From the IMG/VR virus record IMGVR_UViG_3300028173_000001: DNA of 64,000 nt, one strand, 5' to 3'. Position numbers and translations under genes: made by a program. This document shows, in pieces, positions 11,010-21,938 of this stretch (position 1 is the stretch's first letter; every line of letters starts with the position of its first letter). Source of the stretch: an uncultured virus (IMG/VR IMGVR_UViG_3300028173_000001) (lineage: Duplodnaviria; Heunggongvirae; Uroviricota; Caudoviricetes). The notes under the pieces were generated by a model. The model saw only the letters and a list, made by a program, of their open reading frames with translations, was not told the origin of the DNA and did not search any database.

Positions 11010-11963
11010 ATGGCAGGAATCCTCAACAATAAAGAACGAATGATTGATTTCATCGTGACACAAGAAGGCAAGCGCCAGGCAGGAACTGGTGAGCTTCGAA
11101 TTCGTTTTGCAACATTTACCGACTCACATACATTCTATGAGAAATCTGGAAGCTTGAGTTTACCGAATCTCGCCGGCGATGCTTCAAGCAGAATATTCTT
11201 CGAGGCACACAATCGATATCAGGACGTTATCGTCCCAGAATTGGAAGCCGGTGGCTATATGCGTTCCGTCCAGACTAAAAACATGGACATGGTTGGAAAC
11301 ACAATTGTGAGTGGCTCGCTACGATTGGCAGTATCAGGAAACCAGATATTGTCAGGAACCGCCCTCGAACCTGCATTGGTCACATTGTTGGATGGCATCA
11401 CTGAGAACTTCACCGATCAGAAAATAATAGGTTCAATTGACGAGTTCTCAGCTCATCAAAACATTGAAATCTCGCCTTCAACAGGCTCATTCTCAGTGGG
11501 CGATGAGACAATGTATTTACGCTCCGGTCAAAATGAAACTGTAAACATCGACAATGTCCCGAGTGTCTTTAGCGATGCAAGGTTTGGTGACTTCCCGAAC
11601 TTCAAATATTTGCCTCCTGAAAATGTCCCCCTCCCGGGAGCAGCGAATGGAACGCTACTTGGCAATTATCCAAGATTCAATGAACGTGAAATCTCAACGC
11701 TAGAGGATATGGTTCATTCATTGAAAGGCAAGCAAAAGCAAGCATTTTCTTTTTCGAAAACCAGCAGGGCAAACAACAACGTGATTCAGTTTTTCGAACA
11801 AGGCAAGTCAGGCGTAGAAAAATTGGCAGCGGTCGATTTTGGTATGTTCATTGACGATGAAACAGATACGAAGCAGTCGCGAGTTGTCTTTGTTGGAAAA
11901 ATGTTGCATGATGCCTTTGGATCAGAAACATTTATGTGTCTATTTACAGTCATATTCAGGTAG
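11010..11963 (+). CDS. Virion structural protein; N-terminus similar to the 21225 protein
   Basis: MAGILNNKERMIDFIVTQEGKRQ aligns with GFLDNSTNNIIIDAVLTDTGRRK; ATATTTA motif 5 nt upstream of ATG. Confidence 0.55.
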   Translation: MAGILNNKERMIDFIVTQEGKRQAGTGELRIRFATFTDSHTFYEKSGSLSLPNLAGDASSRIFFEAHNRYQDVIVPELEAGGYMRSVQTKNMDMVGNTIVSGSLRLAVSGNQILSGTALEPALVTLLDGITENFTDQKIIGSIDEFSAHQNIEISPSTGSFSVGDETMYLRSGQNETVNIDNVPSVFSDARFGDFPNFKYLPPENVPLPGAANGTLLGNYPRFNEREISTLEDMVHSLKGKQKQAFSFSKTSRANNNVIQFFEQGKSGVEKLAAVDFGMFIDDETDTKQSRVVFVGKMLHDAFGSETFMCLFTVIFR

Positions 11964-11969
11964 AACGAA

Positions 11970-14738
11970 ATGGTAAGATTAACAACAAGAAAGTTTTCCA
12001 TTGATAGCTTTTTCGAATTTGCGGAGGGTTCGGATCCGTTTGAATTGGTGGACATCATAAATGATCGTATGCAGCAGTCCGGCCTTGCGTTTGATGTTGC
12101 CCCCGGTGAGTATTCATATCGTACCCATTTTTTGCTTGATCAAACCATGGCCAAGAAGCTGGGAGTGATCGGTGTAAAACTTGACGTGTTCATCCGTGAT
12201 CCAGTAAATGAAACATTGCAGTCAGTTGATGCAATAAAGACGATGGAAATAAGGTTCCACGAAACGAAAAAGATCTTAGAAACAACGACCGGTCGCCAAC
12301 AAGGTTCTTGGCAAAATGATCAGCATGAGGTTTTTGTTTCGAAGCAACTACCGGCAGCACTTCCTGCTGGGATGATTTTGCCTGGAAGAACGCCACCGAG
12401 AGCAAACACATTGAGGCATACATCAAAGGCGGCCCGTGGTAACAATCGTGATCCCGCGGCGTTGGCTCGATCAGGAAACTTTTCTGCAGCAACATCGAGA
12501 GCGGCCACTTCACGAGACTCAACAAACCAACGAGCGGGCAACCGCCACGAGGATATCCGTTCGACTTCAACACGTATTGAGTCACGAGAGAGTCTGTCTG
12601 CGACAAGATCGGTCTCACGTCGGGCGACTCGGTCGAACCAAGACAACGAAGTAGCAGCGGCATTATCACCGCCTCGTCCAACACGAAGAGCTCCTGTAGC
12701 TTGCGTGACATTAATACCTGCGAAAAAAGAATATATTAGAAGCATCAACATCAAAAAAGATGAAATGCAAGGTGCTGAGAGGTTGTTTGTGGCGATTACC
12801 GCAATCACAAAAAGCGACTCAAGAAATACATTTGGAAAAAAGAACGTCGAGGTCAACCATGGACGGGAACTGTTTGAGTTCTTAGCAAACCCTGAGGCGC
12901 CAGATGTTTCTTTGTTGGGCGCGTCACAATCACATGTCTCGATTCGAATTCAAAAAGATGATCCAACGCTGAAAAACGTGAGAATCGTAAGGATTGTTAC
13001 AAACCCGAATATGAATCGCACACAGGTAACTGACGTTTCTGACGTTTCGTTTGGAAAAGAGTCTGTCATAAAATTCGACGACCGGGTTGACAACATCAAA
13101 CCAAACCATGTCGTGTATCGTGTTGTTGTCATAAACGGTGATGGATCAGTCGGTGACTTCTCGAGTATTGTGATCCCGTCATTCAAAAAAGTGTCTGACC
13201 CGCTGAATTCCGCCGGCACACCTGTTTCAATTCGTGCAATCAATACGCAAGACAGGATAAGCATCAACGTTGTCCCTCTGTCACGAGACATTTTGACGTT
13301 GCGTCTCCTGCGACAAGAATTAGAAAAAACAGGGAACTTTAGTGAAGGTATAGTTACTTTGCAATCAACAGACAACGAAACGACAACTGTGCTCAACGGT
13401 TCAAAAACAGAAATCGAGTTCCATGATGACACTACGATTTTAGGAAGAAAATACCGATACTTTACCGCACTCCGAATCGGTCAACCGGGCGATGCATCAA
13501 GATCCCAGGAAATAATATCTGATGAGGATGAAGTAATCATTCGTAAGTTTTTCTTGGGTGAGTTGCCCTTCGCGATTGATGTGACGTCTGACACCGTGGA
13601 AACTGATACTAACAATAACATATCTGTCTCGTTTGAGATTGTTGTCGAGGCAACTGCTGATTTATTTAGCACCGTGATTCACTCATTACGAGAAGCAGGA
13701 ATCGCTGATGAATTCATTTCAAAGCTTCAAAACGATGAAACAAAAACAAAACTATTCACAATGTTTCTCGTTGAACGTTTTGAAGTTGCGACGGGTATTC
13801 GGGCGTCATTCGGGTTAGTTCCACCAGGAAAGTTCGTAGATTCACCAAAGTCACGTTTACCTCGTGGGATTCCGTCTCCAATCGCAGGCAAAAGATACGA
13901 GTATATCATAAAAACGTGCTTGCAACAGCCATCTGTTTTTCTGCAGTCTTCAAATATTGGTGTTATCAATCGTGAAAATAAAGAGTTCTCGAAATCGGCA
14001 GCAAGATTCGGTAGGCTAATATATGATAAGTTGGGCATCTTACCACCAGAATCAGATATTTTGAATGGAAAATCGATCGAAAGTCTTGTGCTTGAGTCAC
14101 AAATCGGGCAGGAACAGGCAGTCAGGATAAGTTTGCCAGCGGCAAACCCAATTGTTGAGCACATAGACATAATTAATAAGGTGGCATACAATTTTTTGAC
14201 GTGGCGTGTCACCGGGAACACAGCAGAGGTCAGCTATTTTCTGGTATATTGCAACATCGATGGGCATGAGCAACTACTTGGTGCAACGGCGGCAACGGAG
14301 TCTGCATCAGTGTACAGGTTCCGTGACGACAGGTTTTTCGACGAAGTTGGTGAAAAGACGTACAGCGTGAAGGTCATAAACTTTGATGATGACGAGATTA
14401 TGACTTCGCCACTTGCGAAAACAAATAGGAATTTTTCTGTGCCAGAAAATATGTTCGATGGCGTTGTGCTATTAACGGTTGCCGGCAAACCAAAAATTAT
14501 GAATGTCGAACCTGCATCATTTTATTCTCGGCAAAAAAATGGAAGTTTTATTAAACCGCTGGACGTCGATGAGGCGGATTCACCGACGATCGGATCTCTC
14601 TTAGGTGAATATCGCACGACAAAAATTCAACCAAAACCGATACCGAAAAAATATGCTGGTGGGACAAGTCAAGATCGCCCACAAAAATATGGATCATTGA
14701 TTGCAAATATAAATGATTTAACGATGGACGGCAACTAA
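11970..14738 (+). CDS. Large structural protein with Ig/FN3-like repeats
   Basis: Repeated F-x-D...Y-x-(V/Y) strand patterns (KFDDRVD..VVYRVV, EFHDDTTILGRKYRY, RFRDD..TYSVKV). Confidence 0.45.
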   Translation: MVRLTTRKFSIDSFFEFAEGSDPFELVDIINDRMQQSGLAFDVAPGEYSYRTHFLLDQTMAKKLGVIGVKLDVFIRDPVNETLQSVDAIKTMEIRFHETKKILETTTGRQQGSWQNDQHEVFVSKQLPAALPAGMILPGRTPPRANTLRHTSKAARGNNRDPAALARSGNFSAATSRAATSRDSTNQRAGNRHEDIRSTSTRIESRESLSATRSVSRRATRSNQDNEVAAALSPPRPTRRAPVACVTLIPAKKEYIRSINIKKDEMQGAERLFVAITAITKSDSRNTFGKKNVEVNHGRELFEFLANPEAPDVSLLGASQSHVSIRIQKDDPTLKNVRIVRIVTNPNMNRTQVTDVSDVSFGKESVIKFDDRVDNIKPNHVVYRVVVINGDGSVGDFSSIVIPSFKKVSDPLNSAGTPVSIRAINTQDRISINVVPLSRDILTLRLLRQELEKTGNFSEGIVTLQSTDNETTTVLNGSKTEIEFHDDTTILGRKYRYFTALRIGQPGDASRSQEIISDEDEVIIRKFFLGELPFAIDVTSDTVETDTNNNISVSFEIVVEATADLFSTVIHSLREAGIADEFISKLQNDETKTKLFTMFLVERFEVATGIRASFGLVPPGKFVDSPKSRLPRGIPSPIAGKRYEYIIKTCLQQPSVFLQSSNIGVINRENKEFSKSAARFGRLIYDKLGILPPESDILNGKSIESLVLESQIGQEQAVRISLPAANPIVEHIDIINKVAYNFLTWRVTGNTAEVSYFLVYCNIDGHEQLLGATAATESASVYRFRDDRFFDEVGEKTYSVKVINFDDDEIMTSPLAKTNRNFSVPENMFDGVVLLTVAGKPKIMNVEPASFYSRQKNGSFIKPLDVDEADSPTIGSLLGEYRTTKIQPKPIPKKYAGGTSQDRPQKYGSLIANINDLTMDGN

Positions 14739-17700
14739 ATGATTAAGACACTAACAGCAACAATTTCATCGCAAGCAGTAAGTCCAATTTCAGCAGACAA
14801 TGGACTGGCTGTTGTTACGTCAAAAAAGACTCCTGCGCCTAGACAAGGTCCAACCAACGGCGGAAGGACCTCAAGCCCAGCGCCACGTGGGCGAGACGGC
14901 GGGGCACAGAAAAAGACTGAGTTTGAATCGAAATCAAATTCGAAAGGGACAGCCCCAGAATTCACATTACCAGGCGAGCCACCGTTATTGCTATCGGACC
15001 CGAAAAAGAAGGGAAACTCAGTCGGTGAGATGACCGGCGAAACACAGAAAATTGCAGCAATTTTGGTTCCTGTTTCGCCAAAGGCATCGATAAAGATCGC
15101 ACAGTTACATTTGCAAGCATACGTAAACGCAAACGCATCAATAAAAACAATCGCGTATGAAGACGATGACGATCAAGATGAAAATACGCCGTCGACAAAC
15201 AAAGATGTGGCAATCAACAAATCAAGAATCGAACCATTCGTTATTTCAAACATTAGAGCAATAGATTTCAAAGGTAAGCCGTATTCACCAATGCTTGCAG
15301 CGATCGAGCAGACATATCTTGAAGATAGAATTTCACAAAAATATCTGTCGACAACATTTTCAAAAATCAACGCCGGGGGTGATGACCTATCACAAATTGA
15401 GTCTCGAATAAACCAACAATTGGCATTGACTCAAAACTCGATAGACCAGTTATTTTTAGTGTTTGATTTACTGAAAGTCACAAATATGTCAATGGACGCG
15501 TCCCAGGGGCACGAAAGTATTTCATCGATTGCCCTGAAGACGGCTACAGCGCTGTGCAAACCTGAACAGCTACTGATAAAGAATCGATTATCAACTGGCC
15601 CGAAATCATTTTTGAATCGTTTCGGTTATCATTTGACTGCACAGAACCTTGATACAAAATCGAGGACTGCATTGGCGACCCAGGCCCTTCAAGTGGCTGC
15701 ACAATCCATAGGAAGAGGATACACACCAGCAATACTGAACGACGCAGTCGTGAATATCCCAAAAGGACAAATGCGGGTGGCACAAAATCTTTTCAAGAAG
15801 GGAACACATGATGAAAAATATCCGGTCAGTCTAAAGCTGTTGTCTGCACACAATTCACCAGCATCAAGCTTTGCATTCGGTTTCGGTTCACCGGGAATTA
15901 TGTATACGACTCATCCGTTCTACAAAAATCTGAAGGTTCCGGCCCATAGAAGAGCCCTGATGTTGTCAACGATGATAGCAAATGAATTTGCAGTGTCTGC
16001 CGGTTTAGGAAGATTATCAGGGACACCGTTGGGCAATCGTTTTGGATCCGATTCATCTGATTTCATTGCATCATTTTTGGGAACAGCCGGAATATCAAAC
16101 GCTTCAAAAGAGACAGCGCATGTCAACAGTTTGGTCGATAGTTTTGTGGTTGCAACCGACGGATCGGCATCGGCATACAAAAAACAGCGCGTCGTGCTTC
16201 TCGATGGTGACAACGTTAAAGGCAATCAGGCGATGCAAAATGCATTCAGCTCGTTTCTAAAATCTATTGCTAGGAGCCCGCAAAATAATAAGGTGAAAAG
16301 ATTTGATGATGCCCTCATTGCTGCGAACTCGTCGTTTGATGACGGCTTGCAGTTCTATAAGAAGCTTCATTTGCGAGATAAAGAACCAACACTTCTTACC
16401 CCACGTGGATTGTACACAAGGCTGCTCGACGAATTGTCAAAAGCGCTTGAGCAATGCGCGGCACCGAAAGGCTTAGGAGATTCGACGGTGATTATGGAGC
16501 TAACTGTTCTCCGTGATTTGGCTATACAGTCTAGAAACGTTGTTACGCCGTTCGGTCACACAACTGTAATTAAGCAGTTTTTTCTTGGTATGATAGCACA
16601 TAAGTCAATGCTTTCACTTTTAGAAAGTGATAAAAGCCAGCCTGAAACAAATGCTCAAGCTGAAAAGAAATCGCCATCGACTTCAACAACGGTGACAATA
16701 AAAAAGGGAAAAGCAAAGACCGGCGACACATTTACAATTGACACGACACAAAATGAAGCATCTTCACCAGCGGCAAAAAATGTTGAATTTCCTGATGACA
16801 TGATTCGTTTTTCGCCAACTGATTCTTATGCGGCAGGTTTAGTCTGGATTCCAAACAATTCTATTGTGTATAGTCATTTATATAAGCTCGGTGCCAAGGC
16901 CGGATTGCATGACCTGCCGAAAAATTTTGGTGTGTTCAACAGCTCAATGGCGAACCTCCTAAAGGACATTCAATCGTCAAATAAGTCACTTATAAGTCGC
17001 TTGGCAAGTGTCTTCATCGAATTGCATGATGAGGCAAAAGCGGCTGCAAAAACAGAAAATGATATGTCAACCTGGCTCGCACCCGGGCGACTTACAAGAA
17101 ATTCGCAACTCGACGGCTCACTGGCAATATCAATGCTATTTGAAGCAATGCTCGATTTGATTTCTATTTTTGTTGATGCCGAAATTCGAAAGGGCTCAAC
17201 GAAGTTTAAGCTGAAAGCTGTCATGCCGGTCGGCCCGGATAGCACGAATGAAAAATCAAGGAAAGCAATAAATATGCTAGTCGCAGCATCAAAAAATAAC
17301 AACTTTTCGAATGCAATATCCGCTGCGGGAACCATTCCTGACATTGACAATATTTCAAAGAATGATCCATTAACAACACCAAGTTACCAGCAACAATTGT
17401 CGTGGTTGTCATTCGAAGACATGTTTATTGATTTGGCAAAGGAAAGAGACATTCCGTTAGCTGCACTGGCAGGCGTTTCTGCAATGCTACAACACACATT
17501 CCAGCAAACAAGAAACATTTCGAACCTTGCTGCGGAATTACGCGGAGAAAAAGAACAATCGCAATTGTCGGCAGCTCTATCAGCGTTCTCAAAGACATTC
17601 CTAGGAAAAACATTCCTGCTATCTGTCACTGATTACTCGCTTGACATCTCGCAAGATCGTCTTAACGTTTTCAAGAACGGCATGGCAGGATCTAGCAAAA

Positions 17701-18710
17701 AGGTGCCCAAGATAACCCTTGGCGAGGTATTCTGTATGAAAAAGCTATTCAAGGAAATATCATCACTCCCGACAGACAATTTGGTTTTTGGGATGTTTGG
17801 GTTACCTGGTGACTTCTTATCAGGAAATTTGCTCCCAAAGTTCAGGCTCTCCACAGGGTTTGAGGCCAGCCCAATGGAAACTGTTCTGACATTAAATGTA
17901 TTGCAGGACGGTGTACTCGACGAAATCGATTATCAACCGCTCACCCGGGAATTCTCTGTTCTGCGACTTATTGATGAGAACAGTTTTTCACCGTTCGTCA
18001 AATCAAAGCCTACGACAATGGATGACATTGTTTCCAGGGTATTGCTGACATCAGGAGAAAACGGTAAGCAATTCATCAACAAATATGCTGTCCCGTCTCG
18101 GGCTCGGGTGCTGTTAAAAAATGAAGTGTATTCGTTTCTACTGAAAAAAGCTTTCTCAATTTTGTCCGTGTCTGACACATCTGAGAAGAATTTGGTGAAA
18201 TTCGATTTTTCTCGCCGCGGCCCTGGATCTTCGTCGCTGGCGAAGACTGTTGCAAAAACATTAGGGCATGACGAAAAGATATTCGAAGATGTATTTTTGA
18301 ATCAAGAATCTGATGTAACACAATTATCTGAGGACGCATTGCTGGCTCACACGACTTCGAAGGTCAAAAAAACAGCAACAGGACAAAAAATAAAACCGCA
18401 GTTACTCAATTTAGGTGATGCAGAACTTTTTTACGATATATTCGGTTCCGTCTATTTTTATGATGGAATCATCAATGAATATGTCTTTGCACCATCATAC
18501 TTCGATAAGACAATCGGTGTCCTTTTTTATGCAGGCGAATTTGCGACGCTTTCAACCGGACCAGAAACAAAGGTGAAGGGCGGGAAAACAATAGATGCGA
18601 ATGATAAAGCAAAACTAAGCTTGGCAGGTTCGGATGCATCACAATCAACAGTTTCTGTCATGACATATTCTTCAAATGCAGTTCCTGCTCCACCAATGGT
18701 GCTCAAATAA
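14739..18710 (+). CDS. Large hypothetical protein (1323 aa), probably virion-associated
   Basis: Long ORF abutting neighbours in the structural operon; no recognisable motif. Confidence 0.45.
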   Translation: MIKTLTATISSQAVSPISADNGLAVVTSKKTPAPRQGPTNGGRTSSPAPRGRDGGAQKKTEFESKSNSKGTAPEFTLPGEPPLLLSDPKKKGNSVGEMTGETQKIAAILVPVSPKASIKIAQLHLQAYVNANASIKTIAYEDDDDQDENTPSTNKDVAINKSRIEPFVISNIRAIDFKGKPYSPMLAAIEQTYLEDRISQKYLSTTFSKINAGGDDLSQIESRINQQLALTQNSIDQLFLVFDLLKVTNMSMDASQGHESISSIALKTATALCKPEQLLIKNRLSTGPKSFLNRFGYHLTAQNLDTKSRTALATQALQVAAQSIGRGYTPAILNDAVVNIPKGQMRVAQNLFKKGTHDEKYPVSLKLLSAHNSPASSFAFGFGSPGIMYTTHPFYKNLKVPAHRRALMLSTMIANEFAVSAGLGRLSGTPLGNRFGSDSSDFIASFLGTAGISNASKETAHVNSLVDSFVVATDGSASAYKKQRVVLLDGDNVKGNQAMQNAFSSFLKSIARSPQNNKVKRFDDALIAANSSFDDGLQFYKKLHLRDKEPTLLTPRGLYTRLLDELSKALEQCAAPKGLGDSTVIMELTVLRDLAIQSRNVVTPFGHTTVIKQFFLGMIAHKSMLSLLESDKSQPETNAQAEKKSPSTSTTVTIKKGKAKTGDTFTIDTTQNEASSPAAKNVEFPDDMIRFSPTDSYAAGLVWIPNNSIVYSHLYKLGAKAGLHDLPKNFGVFNSSMANLLKDIQSSNKSLISRLASVFIELHDEAKAAAKTENDMSTWLAPGRLTRNSQLDGSLAISMLFEAMLDLISIFVDAEIRKGSTKFKLKAVMPVGPDSTNEKSRKAINMLVAASKNNNFSNAISAAGTIPDIDNISKNDPLTTPSYQQQLSWLSFEDMFIDLAKERDIPLAALAGVSAMLQHTFQQTRNISNLAAELRGEKEQSQLSAALSAFSKTFLGKTFLLSVTDYSLDISQDRLNVFKNGMAGSSKKVPKITLGEVFCMKKLFKEISSLPTDNLVFGMFGLPGDFLSGNLLPKFRLSTGFEASPMETVLTLNVLQDGVLDEIDYQPLTREFSVLRLIDENSFSPFVKSKPTTMDDIVSRVLLTSGENGKQFINKYAVPSRARVLLKNEVYSFLLKKAFSILSVSDTSEKNLVKFDFSRRGPGSSSLAKTVAKTLGHDEKIFEDVFLNQESDVTQLSEDALLAHTTSKVKKTATGQKIKPQLLNLGDAELFYDIFGSVYFYDGIINEYVFAPSYFDKTIGVLFYAGEFATLSTGPETKVKGGKTIDANDKAKLSLAGSDASQSTVSVMTYSSNAVPAPPMVLK

Positions 18711-20488
18711 TGACAAAGCAAAGTAGACGATTCACGCTTGTAGACCTTCCAGATCCATTAGAAATAAAGGCAGAATTTGTTTACAATTTTTTTGTGCCAG
18801 ATGAGCGCCTGAATGATTCCGGTGATCTGCGTGTGCCTGGAGCGGCACATGCCGGTGCGACCCAAAGTATGATCAACAATGGGGTTTTGCGTTCTGAAAT
18901 TCCCAGGTATATCAACATAAACTTCAAGCCCCCAACGATCGTTGAGTTCGGGAATTTCGGTGATGCCAAGAACACCGTCAATCTCGAGGATAAGGAATAT
19001 AATGACATCTCCGGCGAGGAAGAAATCACCAATGCGGCGTTTGTTGCGGTTCGTGAAAGTGATCCAGTTGCAAGTTCCAGGATCGCTGAAAAAATGAAGG
19101 CGCTGTCGAACATAAGCGGGCTTGATTTCTCGGATCCGTTCCAGTCTGAAATCCTGTCTGATATGCTAGGTGTGTCAAAGGACAAAGTCCAGACGCTGAT
19201 TTCGCCGTATGGAGACAAATCGTCGATGGGTGTCAATACAAAGCCATTGGCATCAGTAGCAACGATGTATGACACCGCGACGCAACTTTCACTGAACTCA
19301 TTGGTAAGCAAACGATTTATTGGTATTTCGTCGCTCGGCGGCGATGATGTTTCGCCACTGAGCAGACTGAAGTTGCAAGCGGAGGCACAGAAAGTTTCGA
19401 AAGAATTCTTGGTGACAGCAAATGAATTTAGTTTGACAGAAGATGATATTGAGGCATCGATTCTTCCTAGGATAGCACCGATTGAGGTAATGCCGACTGA
19501 GGATTCGAAAATCCTAGGCGTAAACATTCTCGGGTACCGCATCATTCGTTATCAAATGTCACCTGACGGCAACATATTGAACCCGAGCTACTTTACGATT
19601 TCAGGTCGCGACAACACAAGATACCTCGACGACAACATCATATACGGATCGAAATATGCATATGCTGTGAAAGCGATATATCAACTCGACGCAATTGTTG
19701 CAGCCCCAGATGGCGATAAGACTAGAAAGTTTCGAATCTCAACATACATTGCATCCAGACCAACATCATTTGCGACTGTGAAAACCGAGGAATATGAGCC
19801 GCCATTGGCACCAGATGGATTGTTCTATCATTTCAATTATGGCGCTGCAAAAGGTCTTATTCTAAATTGGCAGATTCCACCGGGTTCCTCGAGGGATGTG
19901 AAATTCTTCCAGGTTTTCAAGCGTAGATCAATCTATGAACCGTTCAAGTGCATTGCCGAACTGAATTTCGATGATTCCGAGGTCCGAACCTTACGCCCGG
20001 AAATGGTACGCCCGGATATGGTAATCAGAACACCCGGCGCTGCCACATCATTTGAAGACATGTCCTTTTCACGAGAGAGCCCACCGGCGATTTATTCTGT
20101 TTGCGCAATTGATGCTCATGGCATGACATCAGGATATTCGGCACAAACGTTGGTCGGGTTCGACAAAACGAAGAACGTACTGACGTTGAAGAACATCTCG
20201 AAACCGGACGCCCCAAAACAATATCCCAACTTTTTCATTGATCCAGATTTGGATGACAACCTCGCGGTAGACAGTTTCTCACAGGACGCAATTTTTGACA
20301 GCGGCCATATGAAAATGGATGTGTATTTCACGCCGGATGCAAAGACAATTGAGACCACCGCCGGAAAAATTTCGAACATTGTCTCTACTGATAACGACCA
20401 GGGCAAATATAAAGTGCACGTTTTGAATCTCGACTTACAAAAATCGACGACTGTCGAGCTCAAGGTCGATGATTTACAAAATTTGTGA
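18710..20488 (+). CDS. Structural protein with FN3-like domains
   Basis: YLDDNIIYGSKYAYAVKA, LILNWQIP, YSVCAIDAHGMTS. Confidence 0.5.
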   Translation: MTKQSRRFTLVDLPDPLEIKAEFVYNFFVPDERLNDSGDLRVPGAAHAGATQSMINNGVLRSEIPRYININFKPPTIVEFGNFGDAKNTVNLEDKEYNDISGEEEITNAAFVAVRESDPVASSRIAEKMKALSNISGLDFSDPFQSEILSDMLGVSKDKVQTLISPYGDKSSMGVNTKPLASVATMYDTATQLSLNSLVSKRFIGISSLGGDDVSPLSRLKLQAEAQKVSKEFLVTANEFSLTEDDIEASILPRIAPIEVMPTEDSKILGVNILGYRIIRYQMSPDGNILNPSYFTISGRDNTRYLDDNIIYGSKYAYAVKAIYQLDAIVAAPDGDKTRKFRISTYIASRPTSFATVKTEEYEPPLAPDGLFYHFNYGAAKGLILNWQIPPGSSRDVKFFQVFKRRSIYEPFKCIAELNFDDSEVRTLRPEMVRPDMVIRTPGAATSFEDMSFSRESPPAIYSVCAIDAHGMTSGYSAQTLVGFDKTKNVLTLKNISKPDAPKQYPNFFIDPDLDDNLAVDSFSQDAIFDSGHMKMDVYFTPDAKTIETTAGKISNIVSTDNDQGKYKVHVLNLDLQKSTTVELKVDDLQNL

Positions 20489-20548
20489 GTATGTGATATT
20501 TAGTTATGTGCGGGACCTCATTATCCGGCAATCATTATAGGAGAAACC

Positions 20549-21223
20549 GTGGGAAACATCTACAAAATTACCAATTGCAAAAACAATCGGCAATATGTAG
20601 GGTTGACGACGATGACTATCGAAGACCGGTGGAAATTGCATATTGTAGCGTCACGAAGGAAGAAATCAACAGCGGTCTTATCAAAGGCAATCCGGAAATA
20701 CGGGGAAGCAAGTTTTGATGTTGAGTGCCTGGAGATTTGTGAAACAGCTCTTCTTCGCGAACGAGAGAAGTTTTGGATTGCAAAAGAAAAAACACACCTT
20801 GATCATGGTGGGTACAACATGACGCTGGCCGGCGACGGACTGCTTGGATATCGTCACACTGAAGAAACAAAAAAGAAGATGAGCGAATCGCGAATGGGGA
20901 AGAAACTATCAAAGGCACACTGCGCTGCAATTTCAAAAGGATTGTTTGCCGCAGACCTGCCTGGTAATGGTGGCCGACCATTTGGGACTCCGCAATCACA
21001 GGCTGCCCGAGCGAAGATATCGGCTGCATTACGAAAAAGAATAAGAAAGGTAACTCCGGTAACTCAACTCGATTTGGCCGGTAAAGAGATTCAAAGGTTT
21101 GAATCGGCACAACATGCTGCAAAACACGTTGGTGGTCAAGACCACAACATTTTAGCATGTTGTAAAGGTTACAGAGCAACGCATAAAAAGTGCATGTGGC
21201 GTTATACGTCACTGGAGGTGTGA
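20549..21223 (+). CDS. GIY-YIG homing endonuclease with NUMOD3/NUMOD1-like DNA-binding motifs
   Basis: NIYKITN..NNRQYVG, REKFWI, GYNMT, RHTEETKKKMSES, QRFESAQHAAK..ILACCKG; GTG start with GGAG RBS. Confidence 0.85.
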   Translation: MGNIYKITNCKNNRQYVGLTTMTIEDRWKLHIVASRRKKSTAVLSKAIRKYGEASFDVECLEICETALLREREKFWIAKEKTHLDHGGYNMTLAGDGLLGYRHTEETKKKMSESRMGKKLSKAHCAAISKGLFAADLPGNGGRPFGTPQSQAARAKISAALRKRIRKVTPVTQLDLAGKEIQRFESAQHAAKHVGGQDHNILACCKGYRATHKKCMWRYTSLEV

Positions 21224-21224
21224 T

Positions 21225-21923
21225 ATCGGTTTTTTGGACAATTCTACAAACAACATAATCATCGACGCGGTTCTAACGGACACGGGTCGCCGGAAATTAG
21301 CCGACAACAACGGCAGTTTCAAAATCGCTTTCTTTTCGCTAGCGGACGATGAAGTCGACTACACAGTCATTCAAAAGTTTGGAAGAACGGTGGGCAAAGA
21401 GAAAATCACCAAGAACACGCCTATCTTCGAAGCACAAACGCAAGGTAATTTGGCACTAAAAAATCGCCTACTGACACTTCCTGACCCAACGATTATCCGC
21501 CTTCCAACACTGTCGATTGCAGGTTCCACCGGACTAACAGACAATACGATTGCATTCACAAGAAACAACGACAAAACGAGAAACGTAAAGGTCGAACAAC
21601 GAATCGATTCTGAGACGAAGATTCCAGATGGAACATCGGACGTGACGTTCTCCGTCTTCGTGCCAGATCGGTTCCTGACTATACCAGGTTCGAGCCCGCT
21701 GCAGATTGAAGCAATCACAAGAATCGCAAGTTACAACCTTGTTAGGAAGTCAACGTCAAGTAAGAATGGCGCGCAAACAAGTTTCGACTTACAAACCCGG
21801 ACGTCACTGGATGACACAATGTTCAGTGTTTATGGCGACGGTACAACAATCAACACAGTCGTAGCGGTGGTCGGCGACCAATCAGGTCTTCGAAAAGAAT
21901 TTAGTGTTACGATTACCAAATAA
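21225..21923 (+). CDS. Virion structural protein with probable non-canonical ATC start
   Basis: ATC GGT TTT TTG GAC AAT (I-GFLDN) lies 4 nt after GGAGGTG; DAVLTDTGRRKLA and FSLADDEVDY motifs. Confidence 0.6.
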   Translation: MGFLDNSTNNIIIDAVLTDTGRRKLADNNGSFKIAFFSLADDEVDYTVIQKFGRTVGKEKITKNTPIFEAQTQGNLALKNRLLTLPDPTIIRLPTLSIAGSTGLTDNTIAFTRNNDKTRNVKVEQRIDSETKIPDGTSDVTFSVFVPDRFLTIPGSSPLQIEAITRIASYNLVRKSTSSKNGAQTSFDLQTRTSLDDTMFSVYGDGTTINTVVAVVGDQSGLRKEFSVTITK

Positions 21924-21938
21924 CGAGAGATATAAACC

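Noticed and set aside
14739..18710. Tape measure protein
   Set aside because: Large but without recognisable tape-measure repeats, and not next to tube/sheath genes
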